Virus record (IMG/VR): IMGVR_UViG_3300032280_000786
Coordinates: 26,206-90,205 of that record
From: a virus
Taxonomy: Duplodnaviria > Caudoviricetes
Strand: one strand, 5' to 3'
DNA: 64,000 nucleotides
Part shown: one piece after another, positions 10,017-19,477 of the stretch
Position numbering within the stretch: position 1 is the first letter of the stretch
Layout of the letters: the number at the start of each line of letters is the position of its first letter
Notes under the pieces: model-generated
What the model was told of the DNA's origin: nothing
The model's input: the letters and a program-made list of their open reading frames with translations, nothing else
The model's database searches: none
Program-made: the position numbers and the translations under genes

Positions 10017-11045
10017 ATGGAAGAGATAACCCCAAAAAAACGTGTACAATTTATAACATGTGATAGAGTAAAAGACACTTACGGTGTCACTTCGGGGTTA
10101 TTTAACTCTGCTAGCTTTGTTGTTAATTATCTAAATGAGTGCGATTTTGAAGCTAAGATTACGCCAGTAGTTGACTCAAATCAAATTGATAGAGTTGTTA
10201 CTGAATTTAACCCAGATATAGTTATAATTGAAGCTATTTGGGTTCCACCTGCAAAGTTCAAAGAATTGTTTCAATTACAAAGACACAAGAATAGAAGATG
10301 GATAGTTAGGTTACATTCAAAAGCACCATTTTTGGCTAACGAAGGTGTTGCAACTAGATGGATAAAACAATATGCATCAATTGATGATTTGAAAATTGAG
10401 ATAGCTCCAAACACAACAGAACTTACTGAACAATTAACTTATTGTTTCCCATCAGGTAAATTTATATTTTTACCAAATATTTATAAAGCAAAACCATTCA
10501 CACCTGAAAAACATGTGAAAAGTGAAGACTTTGTTGATATTGGTTCTTTTGGTGCGATTAGACCAATGAAAAACACATACCAACAAGCAATGGCTGCAAT
10601 AGAGTTTGTTGAACAAATAGGTAAAACATTAAGATTTCATATAAATGGAACCAGAATAGAACAATCTGGTGACAATGCGTTAAGAAACATTCAAGCGTTA
10701 TTTGAACATTCTGAACATGAGCTTATTGAACATAAATGGTATAAACATGCCGAATTTTTGGAAGCAGCATCTAAAATGGATATAGGTATGCAAGTATCTT
10801 TTTCTGAATCATTTAATATCGTTACCGCTGACTTTGTAACGGCAAAAGTTCCAATAGTAGCTTCTGATGATATAAGTTGGATGCCTTGGATTATGAAGGT
10901 ATCACCTACGTCACACAAGGGTATTGTTCGAAAATTAAAAATAGCATACAAATATAGAGGATTTATTACTTGGTTACAAAGTTTTAGTTTGGGATTTTAT
11001 AACATAAAAGCCAAACTACAATGGTTATTAAAATTAAAAAATTAA
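10017..11045 (+). CDS. Glycosyltransferase, GT-B fold (family 4-like)
   Basis: IGSFGAIRPMKN and MQVSFSESFNIVTADFVTAKVPIVAS match the GT4 C-terminal nucleotide-sugar binding motifs. Confidence 0.75.
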   Translation: MEEITPKKRVQFITCDRVKDTYGVTSGLFNSASFVVNYLNECDFEAKITPVVDSNQIDRVVTEFNPDIVIIEAIWVPPAKFKELFQLQRHKNRRWIVRLHSKAPFLANEGVATRWIKQYASIDDLKIEIAPNTTELTEQLTYCFPSGKFIFLPNIYKAKPFTPEKHVKSEDFVDIGSFGAIRPMKNTYQQAMAAIEFVEQIGKTLRFHINGTRIEQSGDNALRNIQALFEHSEHELIEHKWYKHAEFLEAASKMDIGMQVSFSESFNIVTADFVTAKVPIVASDDISWMPWIMKVSPTSHKGIVRKLKIAYKYRGFITWLQSFSLGFYNIKAKLQWLLKLKN

Positions 11046-11048
11046 AAA

Positions 11049-11219
11049 ATGAGAAAAATTGTAAAAATAATTCTAAGATCTGATCACATTAAAAAAAGAT
11101 TTCTTGATAGAGTAAAATCTAAAATTAAAATGATTCAAAAAGCTAAACAAAAACATAACCAACTTGAGGAAGATGAATTAGATGACCACAACGATTCAAG
11201 TAATTGGTCTTATTGTTAA
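11049..11219 (+). CDS. Small hypothetical protein (56 aa)
   Basis: MRKIVKIILRSDHIKKRFLDRVKSK..., starting 3 nt after the GT stop. Confidence 0.4.
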   Translation: MRKIVKIILRSDHIKKRFLDRVKSKIKMIQKAKQKHNQLEEDELDDHNDSSNWSYC

Positions 11220-11259
11220 TAAAACTAAGAACCCCACCAGAAATAGTATTTCTGGTCAG

Positions 11260-11292
11260 ACACCACTTATTTTTTAAGTGGTGTTTCTTTTT
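11260..11292 (+). terminator. Intrinsic terminator
   Basis: acaccactta-ttttt-taagtggtgt followed by a T-rich tract. Confidence 0.7.
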
Positions 11293-11396
11293 AATTGGTT
11301 TTTTATGATCCTTCCTAACACTTATTTTTGAGTAAAATATATAGATAATGTGAATATACAATCGAATATATTCATAATAAAAAATAAATAAAAACT

Positions 11397-11564
11397 ATGA
11401 ACAAAGAAGAAATTTTAGGTTTACTTAGACACACACTTACATTTGTTGGGGGTGTTTTATTAACTAATGGTTTATTAGAAGCAGGTTTAATCCAAGAAGC
11501 AATTGGTGCAGTAGTTACATTAACTGGTGTTGTTTTATCAGTATTGAACAAAAGAAAAAAATAA
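11397..11564 (+). CDS. Small two-TM putative holin (55 aa, not in the ORF track)
   Basis: MNKEEILGLLRHTLTFVGGVLLTNGLLEAGLIQEAIGAVVTLTGVVLSVLNKRKK resembles the Pam3-gp28-type putative holins (two hydrophobic helices, basic tail). The tracked antisense ORF 11372..11572 is its shadow. Confidence 0.7.
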   Translation: MNKEEILGLLRHTLTFVGGVLLTNGLLEAGLIQEAIGAVVTLTGVVLSVLNKRKK

Positions 11565-11580
11565 AAATACATTTATTTTA

Positions 11581-11613
11581 GAAACATCACTTGAAAAAGT
11601 GATGTTTCTTTTT
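11581..11613 (+). terminator. Intrinsic terminator
   Basis: gaaacatcact-tgaaaa-agtgatgtttc followed by a T tract. Confidence 0.8.
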
Positions 11614-11626
11614 TTATATATAATGT

Positions 11627-12367
11627 ATGGATAATCTAAAAAGACTTTATAACTATCTTAAAAAGAATGACAAAAAGAAAATACTTTTTCTAACTACATC
11701 TAATAGATGGGAAGGAGATAAAGAATTACCTAAATCATCAATAATTGCAGATGAATTACTAAAGAAATTAGGTTCTGACAATATTAATCTTATTAATGTT
11801 TCAAAACTTAAAATATTTCCTTGTGAGGGAAATGTATCAACTAAAAGAGGAAATACCTGTGGTCTTAAACAAGCAAAGTTAGATGATAAGATAAAAAATC
11901 CTACAGGACATATTAGATGTTGGGCAGCATTGAATAATAAAACTGATGAAATGTACAAAGTGGCAAATGCCATTTTTGATGCAGATATAATAATATTTTT
12001 TGGATCTATACGTTGGGGTAAAATGAATTCTATTTATGGTGAATTGATTGAAAGATTAACTTGGTTAGAGAACAGACACGCAACTCTTGGGGAGTCTAAT
12101 TTATTAAAAAATAAAGAATGTGGTATTGTCGCGACCGGTCACAATTGGAATGGTAAAGAAGCAATAAAATTAGAAAAAGAAGTATTGGGATTCTTTGGAT
12201 TTAAGACACCTGATATTCTATCATTTAATTGGCAATGGACTAAAGATAAATTTGATGAAAGTAAGAAAGGTTATCTTGAAGATTTTGGTGACTTTCTCAG
12301 AGAGTTTGATTTCGTAGAAACACTTAATGAAAGTATAATTCGATTTAAAGAATGGATAAAAAAATAA
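11627..12367 (+). CDS. Flavodoxin-like NAD(P)H-dependent FMN reductase / multimeric flavodoxin family protein
   Basis: ILFLTTSNR, IFPCEGNVS...CG...RCW, DEMYKVANAIFDADIIIFFGSIRWG and CGIVATG match this family. Confidence 0.7.
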   Translation: MDNLKRLYNYLKKNDKKKILFLTTSNRWEGDKELPKSSIIADELLKKLGSDNINLINVSKLKIFPCEGNVSTKRGNTCGLKQAKLDDKIKNPTGHIRCWAALNNKTDEMYKVANAIFDADIIIFFGSIRWGKMNSIYGELIERLTWLENRHATLGESNLLKNKECGIVATGHNWNGKEAIKLEKEVLGFFGFKTPDILSFNWQWTKDKFDESKKGYLEDFGDFLREFDFVETLNESIIRFKEWIKK

Positions 12368-12394
12368 AAATCACTCAAATGAGTGATTTTTTTT
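12366..12394. terminator. Bidirectional intrinsic terminator
   Basis: aaaaatcactc-aaat-gagtgatttttttt. Confidence 0.8.
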
Positions 12395-12812
12395 ATACTT
12401 TTAAGGAATTTAATTTTTTAACCGCTCTATTATATATAGCAGTTTCTTTTATAACTTCACTATCTATGTGTTGATTCCACTTGTCACTTACATCGATAAC
12501 TACGAAAGCATATTGTGATGTATCAAAGTTAAAAGATGTTACCCATCTTCTTTCAATACTCATACCATGACTTAATCTCATTGATTTATCGGCATACTTT
12601 TTATTTATCTTATCACATTCTCTGGTCGCACCACCTAAAGTCTTATAAGCTTTTATTTTTAAACTCATTTCTTTTTGTAATTTTCCATTTTTAGTCCAAA
12701 TAAATTCAAATGGTATATCAAAAACTTCGTCAGAGTCACTTAATAGTGACCCTAACTTAGCTTCTCTTTGTGCAGCTTTACTTACTATTACTAGTGTGTA
12801 CATCTTACCCAT
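12393..12812 (-). CDS. Hypothetical protein carrying the REAKLGSLL motif near its N-terminus
   Basis: 139-aa ORF. Confidence 0.55.
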   Translation of the reverse strand: MGKMYTLVIVSKAAQREAKLGSLLSDSDEVFDIPFEFIWTKNGKLQKEMSLKIKAYKTLGGATRECDKINKKYADKSMRLSHGMSIERRWVTSFNFDTSQYAFVVIDVSDKWNQHIDSEVIKETAIYNRAVKKLNSLKV

Positions 12813-12903
12813 TTATATTATAGATCAAAATTATATTAAGTTTATGTGCCTCCACTAATTTCCAATTTTATTTTTTAATATATACTTAAAAATAATTTTG
12901 TTT

Positions 12904-13056
12904 ATGTTAGAAAAAATTTGTAGTGACCATAAAGTACCTATGTGTACAGCAAAAAATGAGAGTGAAGTAATTATGTTAAACCATTATACCAATTTACAAC
13001 CATTATGTAGTAAAATAAATATGTGTATCAAAAGAGATAAACTAGATTATAAATAA
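12904..13056 (+). pseudogene. C-terminal remnant of an HNH homing endonuclease (50 aa)
   Basis: SDHKVPMCTAKNESEVIMLNHYTNLQPLCSKIN matches the C-termini of the HNH ORFs at 23517, 32698 and 37006. It keeps TAATATATA at 12876. Confidence 0.75.
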
Positions 13057-13057
13057 T

Positions 13058-13084
13058 AAAAAAACCCTCAAATGAGGGTTTTTA
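13058..13084. terminator. Bidirectional intrinsic terminator
   Basis: aaaaaccctca-aa-tgagggttttt. Confidence 0.75.
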
Positions 13085-14260
13085 TTATTTAAAGAATTGA
13101 CCATTCATTTCAATTTTTTGCAAATCATCTGGTGTAAATGCACTAGGATTTGATTTAACTGCTTTTAATATTTCCGCATAAACTTTTCTAGCTTCGTCTT
13201 GACGCCCTGTGTAAAAACAAGCAGCTGCATGTCCTTCTGCAAATTTCCAGATGTAAAGTGATTCATCTACGAATAAAAGTTTCTTAGGATAAGGGTTTTT
13301 ACCGTGAAAATTTTCATATCCAAACTTAGTATATAAGTAAGCTAGATGCCATTCTCCCATTTGTAAATAATAATCAACAATTGTTTTAATTGATTCACCT
13401 CTTAACGGATCAATAGCATAAGCCTTTAAACATTGTTGCATTGTTAAGTTCCAAGGATGTTCTAAACTTCTCATAATAGTACCCATACGATAGTGTGAGT
13501 AATATATTTCTTCAACATAACCATCAGTTCTTTCAGTTCTTTCTTTATAGTATTTTAAAGAACGTCTTAATCTTTCTTCATTTTCTTCTCTATTATCAGG
13601 AATAGAAGCAGAATCATGATAAGATTGTGCAGTATAGAAAATCCATCTTGGATCTTGACGATTTTCATTGATATAAGTTTCTAACTTGTGTGAGTGAGAT
13701 AAATACTTTTCAGATATTTTACCTTGCCAAGAAGCACCATCCATACTTACATTTACATGAATACCAGTAGCTAAACCAGAAGTAATATTTTGATCATCAC
13801 ATACAATAAACTCGTGAACGACTCCATACCAGCGAAAGGGCATTGATACTCTAAAAAAAGTATTTCTTGTATATTTCATTTGACCTATATAAGTGTTGAT
13901 CATATAAAGATCCGCGGTGAATTGATTTTTATTAAATGTTGGATCTATAACTAATTGTTCATCACAATCATACCACATACCATGTATTTTAGTTGGATCC
14001 CAACCTAGTTCGTTTACTACGTCTCTAAGTTTCTCCATAGCAAATGTTCTACTTTTATCAAAAGTATCAAAAGGTCTTTCAAATACGTAAGTTGGTGTAT
14101 TATTATCAACACCCCATTTTTTTATTAACTCAATTGTGTTGTCACTTGAACCAGTATCTACTGCAACAACTAAATCTAGAATGTCTTTAGAACTATTCAA
14201 CATTCTCTCTATTACATTCTTTTCATCTTTACATATGAAATTTAATGCTAATTTACCCAT
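13085..14260 (-). CDS. Glycosyltransferase family 2 with TPR-like C-terminal half
   Basis: LNFICKDEKNVIERML, VAVDTGSSDNT, WYDCDE (DxD) and RWYGVVHE, followed by helical repeats. Confidence 0.8.
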   Translation of the reverse strand: MGKLALNFICKDEKNVIERMLNSSKDILDLVVAVDTGSSDNTIELIKKWGVDNNTPTYVFERPFDTFDKSRTFAMEKLRDVVNELGWDPTKIHGMWYDCDEQLVIDPTFNKNQFTADLYMINTYIGQMKYTRNTFFRVSMPFRWYGVVHEFIVCDDQNITSGLATGIHVNVSMDGASWQGKISEKYLSHSHKLETYINENRQDPRWIFYTAQSYHDSASIPDNREENEERLRRSLKYYKERTERTDGYVEEIYYSHYRMGTIMRSLEHPWNLTMQQCLKAYAIDPLRGESIKTIVDYYLQMGEWHLAYLYTKFGYENFHGKNPYPKKLLFVDESLYIWKFAEGHAAACFYTGRQDEARKVYAEILKAVKSNPSAFTPDDLQKIEMNGQFFK

Positions 14261-14314
14261 CTATTTTATATTTTTATTTATTATATAGTATAACTTAGTA
14301 AAGTTTAATATATA

Positions 14315-15067
14315 ATGAAAAAGAAAATAATTGGTATGTTCGTAATTTACAAGGCAGAATTTCCAAATGGTAAAGTTTATATAGGTAAAAGTAAAAATTT
14401 TAATGATAGAAAATTAAAACATTCGTACAGTCCAAAATATTATAGCACTAAATTAACAAATGCTATAAATAAGTATGGATTCGGATCTATAAATTGGGAG
14501 GTCATTTATGAAACAGATGATATAGATGAACTTAATAAAATGGAAATAGAGTTTATTAAAAAATATGACTCTATTAGACTTGGTTACAATACATCTACTG
14601 GTGGTGATGGTGGTGATACCATTTCAAATAATCCTAGAAAACTGGAAATAATAAAACAACAATTATCTACTAAGGGCAAAGATCCTGACAATTATATTGA
14701 AATATCTAGTATTATATCTGATTCAATTTTAGATGATTATATTAATAATAAGTTATCTATACATTCATTAGTTAGAAAGTATGGTATAACAAAAAATAGA
14801 ATTACTCGATTTCTTAAAGTAAAAGAGATTGAAATTGATAAAGAGAGGTGCAAGTTAACTAATTCAAAGGTATTTGATAGTGACTATATAGATAAAGTAA
14901 TAAAAATGTATAAAGATGGCCTTTTGATAAAAGATATTGCAAGAATAGAAAATAAGACCATAATGGTGATAAGTAGGATATTACACGATTCTGGTGTTAG
15001 AATATCTAAAAGATTTGGTGAGGGTAGAGCAAGTGATGGAAGTAAACCAAGAGAAAAAGAAAAATAA
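14315..15067 (+). mobile_element. Free-standing GIY-YIG homing endonuclease with C-terminal HTH-like repeats
   Basis: VIYKAEFPNGKVYIGKS..F..R...H, AINKYG, E...IKKY.S...GYN. The likely start is the internal Met of MFVIY. Confidence 0.85.
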
Positions 15068-15110
15068 GTTTTGTTATTTAATATATACTTTAATAAAAAA
15101 ATTGTATATT

Positions 15111-15668
15111 ATGAAATACTTAAAAAAGTTTAATGAAATGTTAGATCCAATGGGAAGTTGGAATCCTATTCAATTAAATAATGAAGAAGATTTAAAAGAA
15201 GAAGTTTGTACTGAATGTGACTGTATACCTTGTCAATGTACTGGCGAAGATGATGATGAAGATGAAGATTTAAAAGAAGGTTTAGATGATCATTTTAGAG
15301 ATGTCAGAGTAAATTCTTATCTTAAAATTGCAAGAGATAAATATAAAGGTAAATCCTCAGATGATATTGTTGATACTATTGATAAAGGTAATCCTGATTT
15401 AAGATTTATGGACGATAAAGAAAAGGATTTATTTAGAAGCGCTTGGGATAAAGAGAATACAAAAGGAACCTTTAAATACTTTATGTCTTTATCGAATGAT
15501 GAATTAAAAGATTATCAAAATAACTTTTCACATCATGATTTTGATAATCCTACTGAACATAGTCCAGAATTTGTTGCTTGGAAAAAAGCTTGTGAGATAA
15601 AAAAATGTTTCGATAAAGAACCATTTTATCGTTCTAGAAAAGAAAGTGAATTTCCTAGTAGATACTAA
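15111..15668 (+). CDS. Hypothetical protein with MKYLKKFNE leader and a CxxCxCxxCxC cluster
   Basis: The true start is probably 15111 (TAATATATA at 15079) rather than 14994. It contains CTECDCIPCQC and an acidic run. Confidence 0.6.
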   Translation: MKYLKKFNEMLDPMGSWNPIQLNNEEDLKEEVCTECDCIPCQCTGEDDDEDEDLKEGLDDHFRDVRVNSYLKIARDKYKGKSSDDIVDTIDKGNPDLRFMDDKEKDLFRSAWDKENTKGTFKYFMSLSNDELKDYQNNFSHHDFDNPTEHSPEFVAWKKACEIKKCFDKEPFYRSRKESEFPSRY

Positions 15669-15669
15669 T

Positions 15670-15700
15670 AAAAAAGAGAGCTTTTGCTCTCTTTTTTTTT
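15670..15700. terminator. Bidirectional intrinsic terminator
   Basis: aaaaaagagagc-tttt-gctctcttttttttt. Confidence 0.85.
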
Positions 15701-16706
15701 ATCCTAAAATCCATTTAGCATCATGATTTACATTAGTATCATAAAGTGCATATTCAACTTCAACCTTTTCAAATCCGAATTTATCTTCATTAAGTAAAAA
15801 CTTAATCAATTCAACATCACGTTCAAAATCTTCTTTACAAGTCATACTATCTCTATAAGTAAGCATATTTACAAACTTACTACCATCTTTAGACTTCTTA
15901 AAGAAGTTTTGTGATAATTTACAAGTACCACCTAGTTCTATTTGTGATGGTTTACTAAATCCTCTACTCGGTGAAAAGAAACCTGCATTTAACTCTTCAA
16001 CTAAACCTTCTAAATAAGGCTTTTCTTCTGGTGAGATAACAACACCGATGTGACTTTCAAAGTAACATCCATTTGGTATAGGTTCACCTGTATTAAAAGT
16101 AGGTGCTGCAGGGTGCCAAGGAACTGTTTCTATCTTCTTTCTGACAACTTTATATCCAAATGATGTTAGTTCATTAGCAATACGATTAGCTTCTTCATAG
16201 GCAGTCCTATTGTCTCCAAAGTGTTTTGAACTAGTCATTACATCTTTTAAAGTTCCTTCTTTCATTTCTAAATCTAAAACAATTGGTTTTACTTCAATAG
16301 ATTTACAATCTTCTCTAAATTTATCAATAGTAAAATTTGTTTCTAATAGTTTTTCTAAATCAATCGTAATATGTATTTCAAAAGGAAGTGGGAATGTTGC
16401 CGTTTCTTCTTTTAATTGAAGTTGTGCCCACTTCTTTGATTTTTTATTCAGCATATCATTTACTTCTTCATCAGTAAATCCTAATGAATGTGCAATTGAA
16501 ATGTTCGTTAGATAAACATCGACAATCTCTTCTAGGATCTGTTCTCTATCTGAGAAACGATGATTAGTTCCTGGTGCAGAATCATAAGGTAAAATAGCTC
16601 TTGCCAATTCACCTACTTCTTCTGCAAGTTTTAATCCTTTTTGTGAAAGTGTTTTCTTATCTTTAATTGATAAGTCCTTTATAAAATCATCTAAAAATTT
16701 ATTCAT
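15699..16706 (-). CDS. MazG-like nucleotide pyrophosphohydrolase fused to an uncharacterised C-terminal domain
   Basis: KLAEEVGELA...ILEEIVDVYL in the N-terminal ~95 aa, then a domain with FEIHITI and YFESHIGV. Confidence 0.7.
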   Translation of the reverse strand: MNKFLDDFIKDLSIKDKKTLSQKGLKLAEEVGELARAILPYDSAPGTNHRFSDREQILEEIVDVYLTNISIAHSLGFTDEEVNDMLNKKSKKWAQLQLKEETATFPLPFEIHITIDLEKLLETNFTIDKFREDCKSIEVKPIVLDLEMKEGTLKDVMTSSKHFGDNRTAYEEANRIANELTSFGYKVVRKKIETVPWHPAAPTFNTGEPIPNGCYFESHIGVVISPEEKPYLEGLVEELNAGFFSPSRGFSKPSQIELGGTCKLSQNFFKKSKDGSKFVNMLTYRDSMTCKEDFERDVELIKFLLNEDKFGFEKVEVEYALYDTNVNHDAKWILG

Positions 16707-17280
16707 CTGCTATTAAGTTAAATCTCATTGTTAAAACAGATAAGTCTTCTGCATGTTTCTGTCTTTCATATTTATTCGTAGAACTATCTTCAATCATTTT
16801 CAATTTCTCATTGATAACATAAGTAAATGGTGTAATTCTAATACCATTTTGTTCAATAAATTCTGGTAATTCATCAACAATAATTAAATGTACATCAACT
16901 GCACCACGTCTTATAATATCATCTGAATAATCAGGATAAGAAGTCCAAATTTGTTTCTTAATACTAATTACCGTATCAGTTAGATTATAACTAAACTTAA
17001 AATGATCACAGATTTGAAAAGCCATTTTCTTTGTGATTAAAAAATCAAAATCATCTGGTCTTCGATCTAACATTGGATTATCATTTATAGTACAACACTT
17101 CAAAGCACGAGAACCTGTTAGTACACCACCAAGATTGGTGACATACTTAATCAGTTTGTAGTTCAGTTTTAAAAATTGAAATTTACTTCTACTTTTAGAG
17201 GTATCATATTGAACATTATAACCACCAGTTATCATGTTTAAGTTGATGTCTCTTACATAGGATTTTAATGTTCCTGTCAT
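16699..17280 (-). CDS. Pol-beta superfamily nucleotidyltransferase
   Basis: GGVLTGSRAL...RRPDDFDFLI (GS..DxD), a third acidic residue in VDVH, and C-terminal RQKHAEDL. Confidence 0.65.
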   Translation of the reverse strand: MTGTLKSYVRDINLNMITGGYNVQYDTSKSRSKFQFLKLNYKLIKYVTNLGGVLTGSRALKCCTINDNPMLDRRPDDFDFLITKKMAFQICDHFKFSYNLTDTVISIKKQIWTSYPDYSDDIIRRGAVDVHLIIVDELPEFIEQNGIRITPFTYVINEKLKMIEDSSTNKYERQKHAEDLSVLTMRFNLIADE

Positions 17281-18239
17281 TATATCATATTTATTTCGTG
17301 AATACTCTTTTTAGTTGTTAGACCCCAGATGGTTCTCGCGATTATGTTATCACAAGAGATAACTTTTAATTTATCTCCTACTTGATCTTTTTCTTTTTGT
17401 AAAGTTGATGGAATACTATCTGAAACCATTAGTTCTGTTAGTTGTGAAGTATATAAGTTCTCCATTGCAGCACCACTTAGAATACCGTGAGTAGCAATTG
17501 CTCTTACAGATTTAGCTCCTTTCTCCATAATAAGTTCAGAAGCCCTTTTAAGTGTTCCTAATGTATCAGCCATATCATCAACAATAACAACGTTTCTACC
17601 TTCAACGTCACCAACTAATTCCATTGAATGAATTTCATTTGGTTTAATACGTTTTTTGTTTATCATTGCGAATGTAGAATCTGGGAAAGCTTTACAGAAA
17701 TCAGAAGCTCTTTTCACAGCACCTTGGTCAGGAGCAATGATAGTTAAATCTTCAATCTGATTTTTTCTAATATGTTCGATAAAGATTTTATTACCGTTCA
17801 AGTGAATAATTGGTACATCATAAAATCCTTGAATAGAAGAAGCGTGTAAGTCCACGGTGATTATTCTAGACATACCAACGGTTTCTAAGATGTCTGCTAA
17901 CATTTTAGAACCAATAGAAGAACGTAAGTGATCTGTTTTGTCTTGTCTTGAGTAACCTTGGAAAGGTGAGATAAGTGTAAATGATTTACAATCAGCTCGT
18001 TTAGCAGCATCGATAACTAATAATGTTTCCATTATTGTATCAGATGATGTTGTTGACTGTACGAAGAGGATGTCTTCACCTCTTACAGACTCTTCAAATA
18101 GTGGAAGTATTTCACCATCTAAAAATTTGTCAATTTTTAGGCGACCTCTTGTAAAAGATTCGTCTAATGTTTTTTTGTTTAAAATTGCACAGATACTATC
18201 TGCAAGGTCTGGGTTTGATGTTCCACTGAAAATCTTCAT
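17280..18239 (-). CDS. prs: Ribose-phosphate pyrophosphokinase (PRPP synthetase)
   Basis: KIFSGTSNPDLA, FLDGE, GYSRQDK, VDLH...QGFYD, APDQGAVKRA and VDDMADTLGTL...ATHGILSG give a full-length Prs. Confidence 0.95.
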   Translation of the reverse strand: MKIFSGTSNPDLADSICAILNKKTLDESFTRGRLKIDKFLDGEILPLFEESVRGEDILFVQSTTSSDTIMETLLVIDAAKRADCKSFTLISPFQGYSRQDKTDHLRSSIGSKMLADILETVGMSRIITVDLHASSIQGFYDVPIIHLNGNKIFIEHIRKNQIEDLTIIAPDQGAVKRASDFCKAFPDSTFAMINKKRIKPNEIHSMELVGDVEGRNVVIVDDMADTLGTLKRASELIMEKGAKSVRAIATHGILSGAAMENLYTSQLTELMVSDSIPSTLQKEKDQVGDKLKVISCDNIIARTIWGLTTKKSIHEINMI

Positions 18240-18243
18240 AATA

Positions 18244-18564
18244 CTAATTATTTTTATTTAGAATTAAATCTATTGCATTCTGTCTTAAAGTTTGTTTATT
18301 TACTTTAAAATTATGTTGTGTCTTTAATTTATTTATAAAGTGTTTAAAATTAGGTGGGTATTTAGTTATATCTCCCCATCTATTTTTAACTATTGTTGGT
18401 TCAGTTAGATTGTTAAATCGTTTCTCTTGTTTCCATAAGAATAAAACATCGTATTGTTTCTTTGGAGATAGTGATTCAAACCAAACTAAATGATTTGACA
18501 TTTTATTTCTAAGAGATTTCATCTCTTTTATATGTTTTCTCTTTTTTCTTTCCTTCTCTAACAT
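18244..18564 (-). CDS. Hypothetical protein with C-terminal RQNAIDLIL motif
   Basis: Likely start ATG 18564, 4 nt after a TATATTTG box. Confidence 0.55.
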   Translation of the reverse strand: MLEKERKKRKHIKEMKSLRNKMSNHLVWFESLSPKKQYDVLFLWKQEKRFNNLTEPTIVKNRWGDITKYPPNFKHFINKLKTQHNFKVNKQTLRQNAIDLILNKNN

Positions 18565-18582
18565 AGTGCAAATATACAAAAA

Positions 18583-18924
18583 TTATTCTGATTTGGGTAA
18601 AATCTTATTTAATTTAATTTCTCTTAATTCTTGTAAAGAAAAATCAATATACTCAGACGAAGATAAACTTATTGAATAACTATTATTAAATGAATTTTTA
18701 GACTCAATCCTATATCTACCATTCTCTTGTGTAACCTTACAATCTGGATCGATTTTGGCTAGTTTTAATATGTTATTATTGTAATCCCAAACAATTTCAT
18801 ATTTACCTATTTCTTTATACTCAAGAAGTTTTTTAATTTGATCTGTTGTATAAAGTTGTAAACCATTTAACGATCGTCTGGCATTTACTTTATCCTTTAA
18901 CTTTTTTACAAAATAGTTATTCAT
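18583..18924 (-). CDS. Hypothetical protein with C-terminal REIKLNKIL motif
   Basis: 113-aa ORF coupled to the upstream gene. Confidence 0.55.
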   Translation of the reverse strand: MNNYFVKKLKDKVNARRSLNGLQLYTTDQIKKLLEYKEIGKYEIVWDYNNNILKLAKIDPDCKVTQENGRYRIESKNSFNNSYSISLSSSEYIDFSLQELREIKLNKILPKSE

Positions 18925-19387
18925 TGATAATCGTTTTTAAATCTGCAGGTGAATAATTCACAGATTTTAAAACTTTATCATCTTCTTTTCTGTAAACTAA
19001 CCATTTACCATTATTTTCTTTATAGTAACCTTCAGTACCATCTTTTTGTTTATAGTGTTCTAATGTAGATTGTGCTTCTAATTCTGAATTACAAGCTTTA
19101 GACATATTACTTCTTTGTACTTCATTGAATAATTCAACAAACTTATCTCCTAGTCCAAACTCTAATACTGCACCTGAAAGAACATATTGTAAATCAGCTA
19201 AAGCATCTGCAATTTCTACTAAGTCATTATTTTCAATGGCTTCTTTTAATTCATTCAATTCTTCTTGTAATAAAGATACTCTTAATTCACATCTTTGAGA
19301 AGATGGTATTTGAGGTGTATCTAAGATTGGTGCGTTAAAAGTTTTATGAAAGTCTGCTACTTGATTTAGTGAATTTATTTTTTCCAT
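18917..19387 (-). CDS. All-alpha NTP pyrophosphohydrolase (PRA-PH / DR2231-like, MazG fold)
   Basis: VADFHKTF...LRVSLLQEELNELKEA...EIADALADLQYV...EVQRSNMSK. Confidence 0.85.
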   Translation of the reverse strand: MEKINSLNQVADFHKTFNAPILDTPQIPSSQRCELRVSLLQEELNELKEAIENNDLVEIADALADLQYVLSGAVLEFGLGDKFVELFNEVQRSNMSKACNSELEAQSTLEHYKQKDGTEGYYKENNGKWLVYRKEDDKVLKSVNYSPADLKTIINE

Positions 19388-19477
19388 TTAAAAATATATT
19401 TTATTGATTATATTGATTTTTAAAAAATGGTTTTACAAATTTATAAATTAATATATACATAAAAATATGTTATAAAC

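Noticed and set aside
17280-18239. Complete NARP1/NARP2 NAD+ reconstitution pathway
   Set aside because: No Namat/Nampt or HIGH-motif Nmnat is present in the window. The adjacent NTase is pol-beta type, so this is kept only as an open hypothesis.
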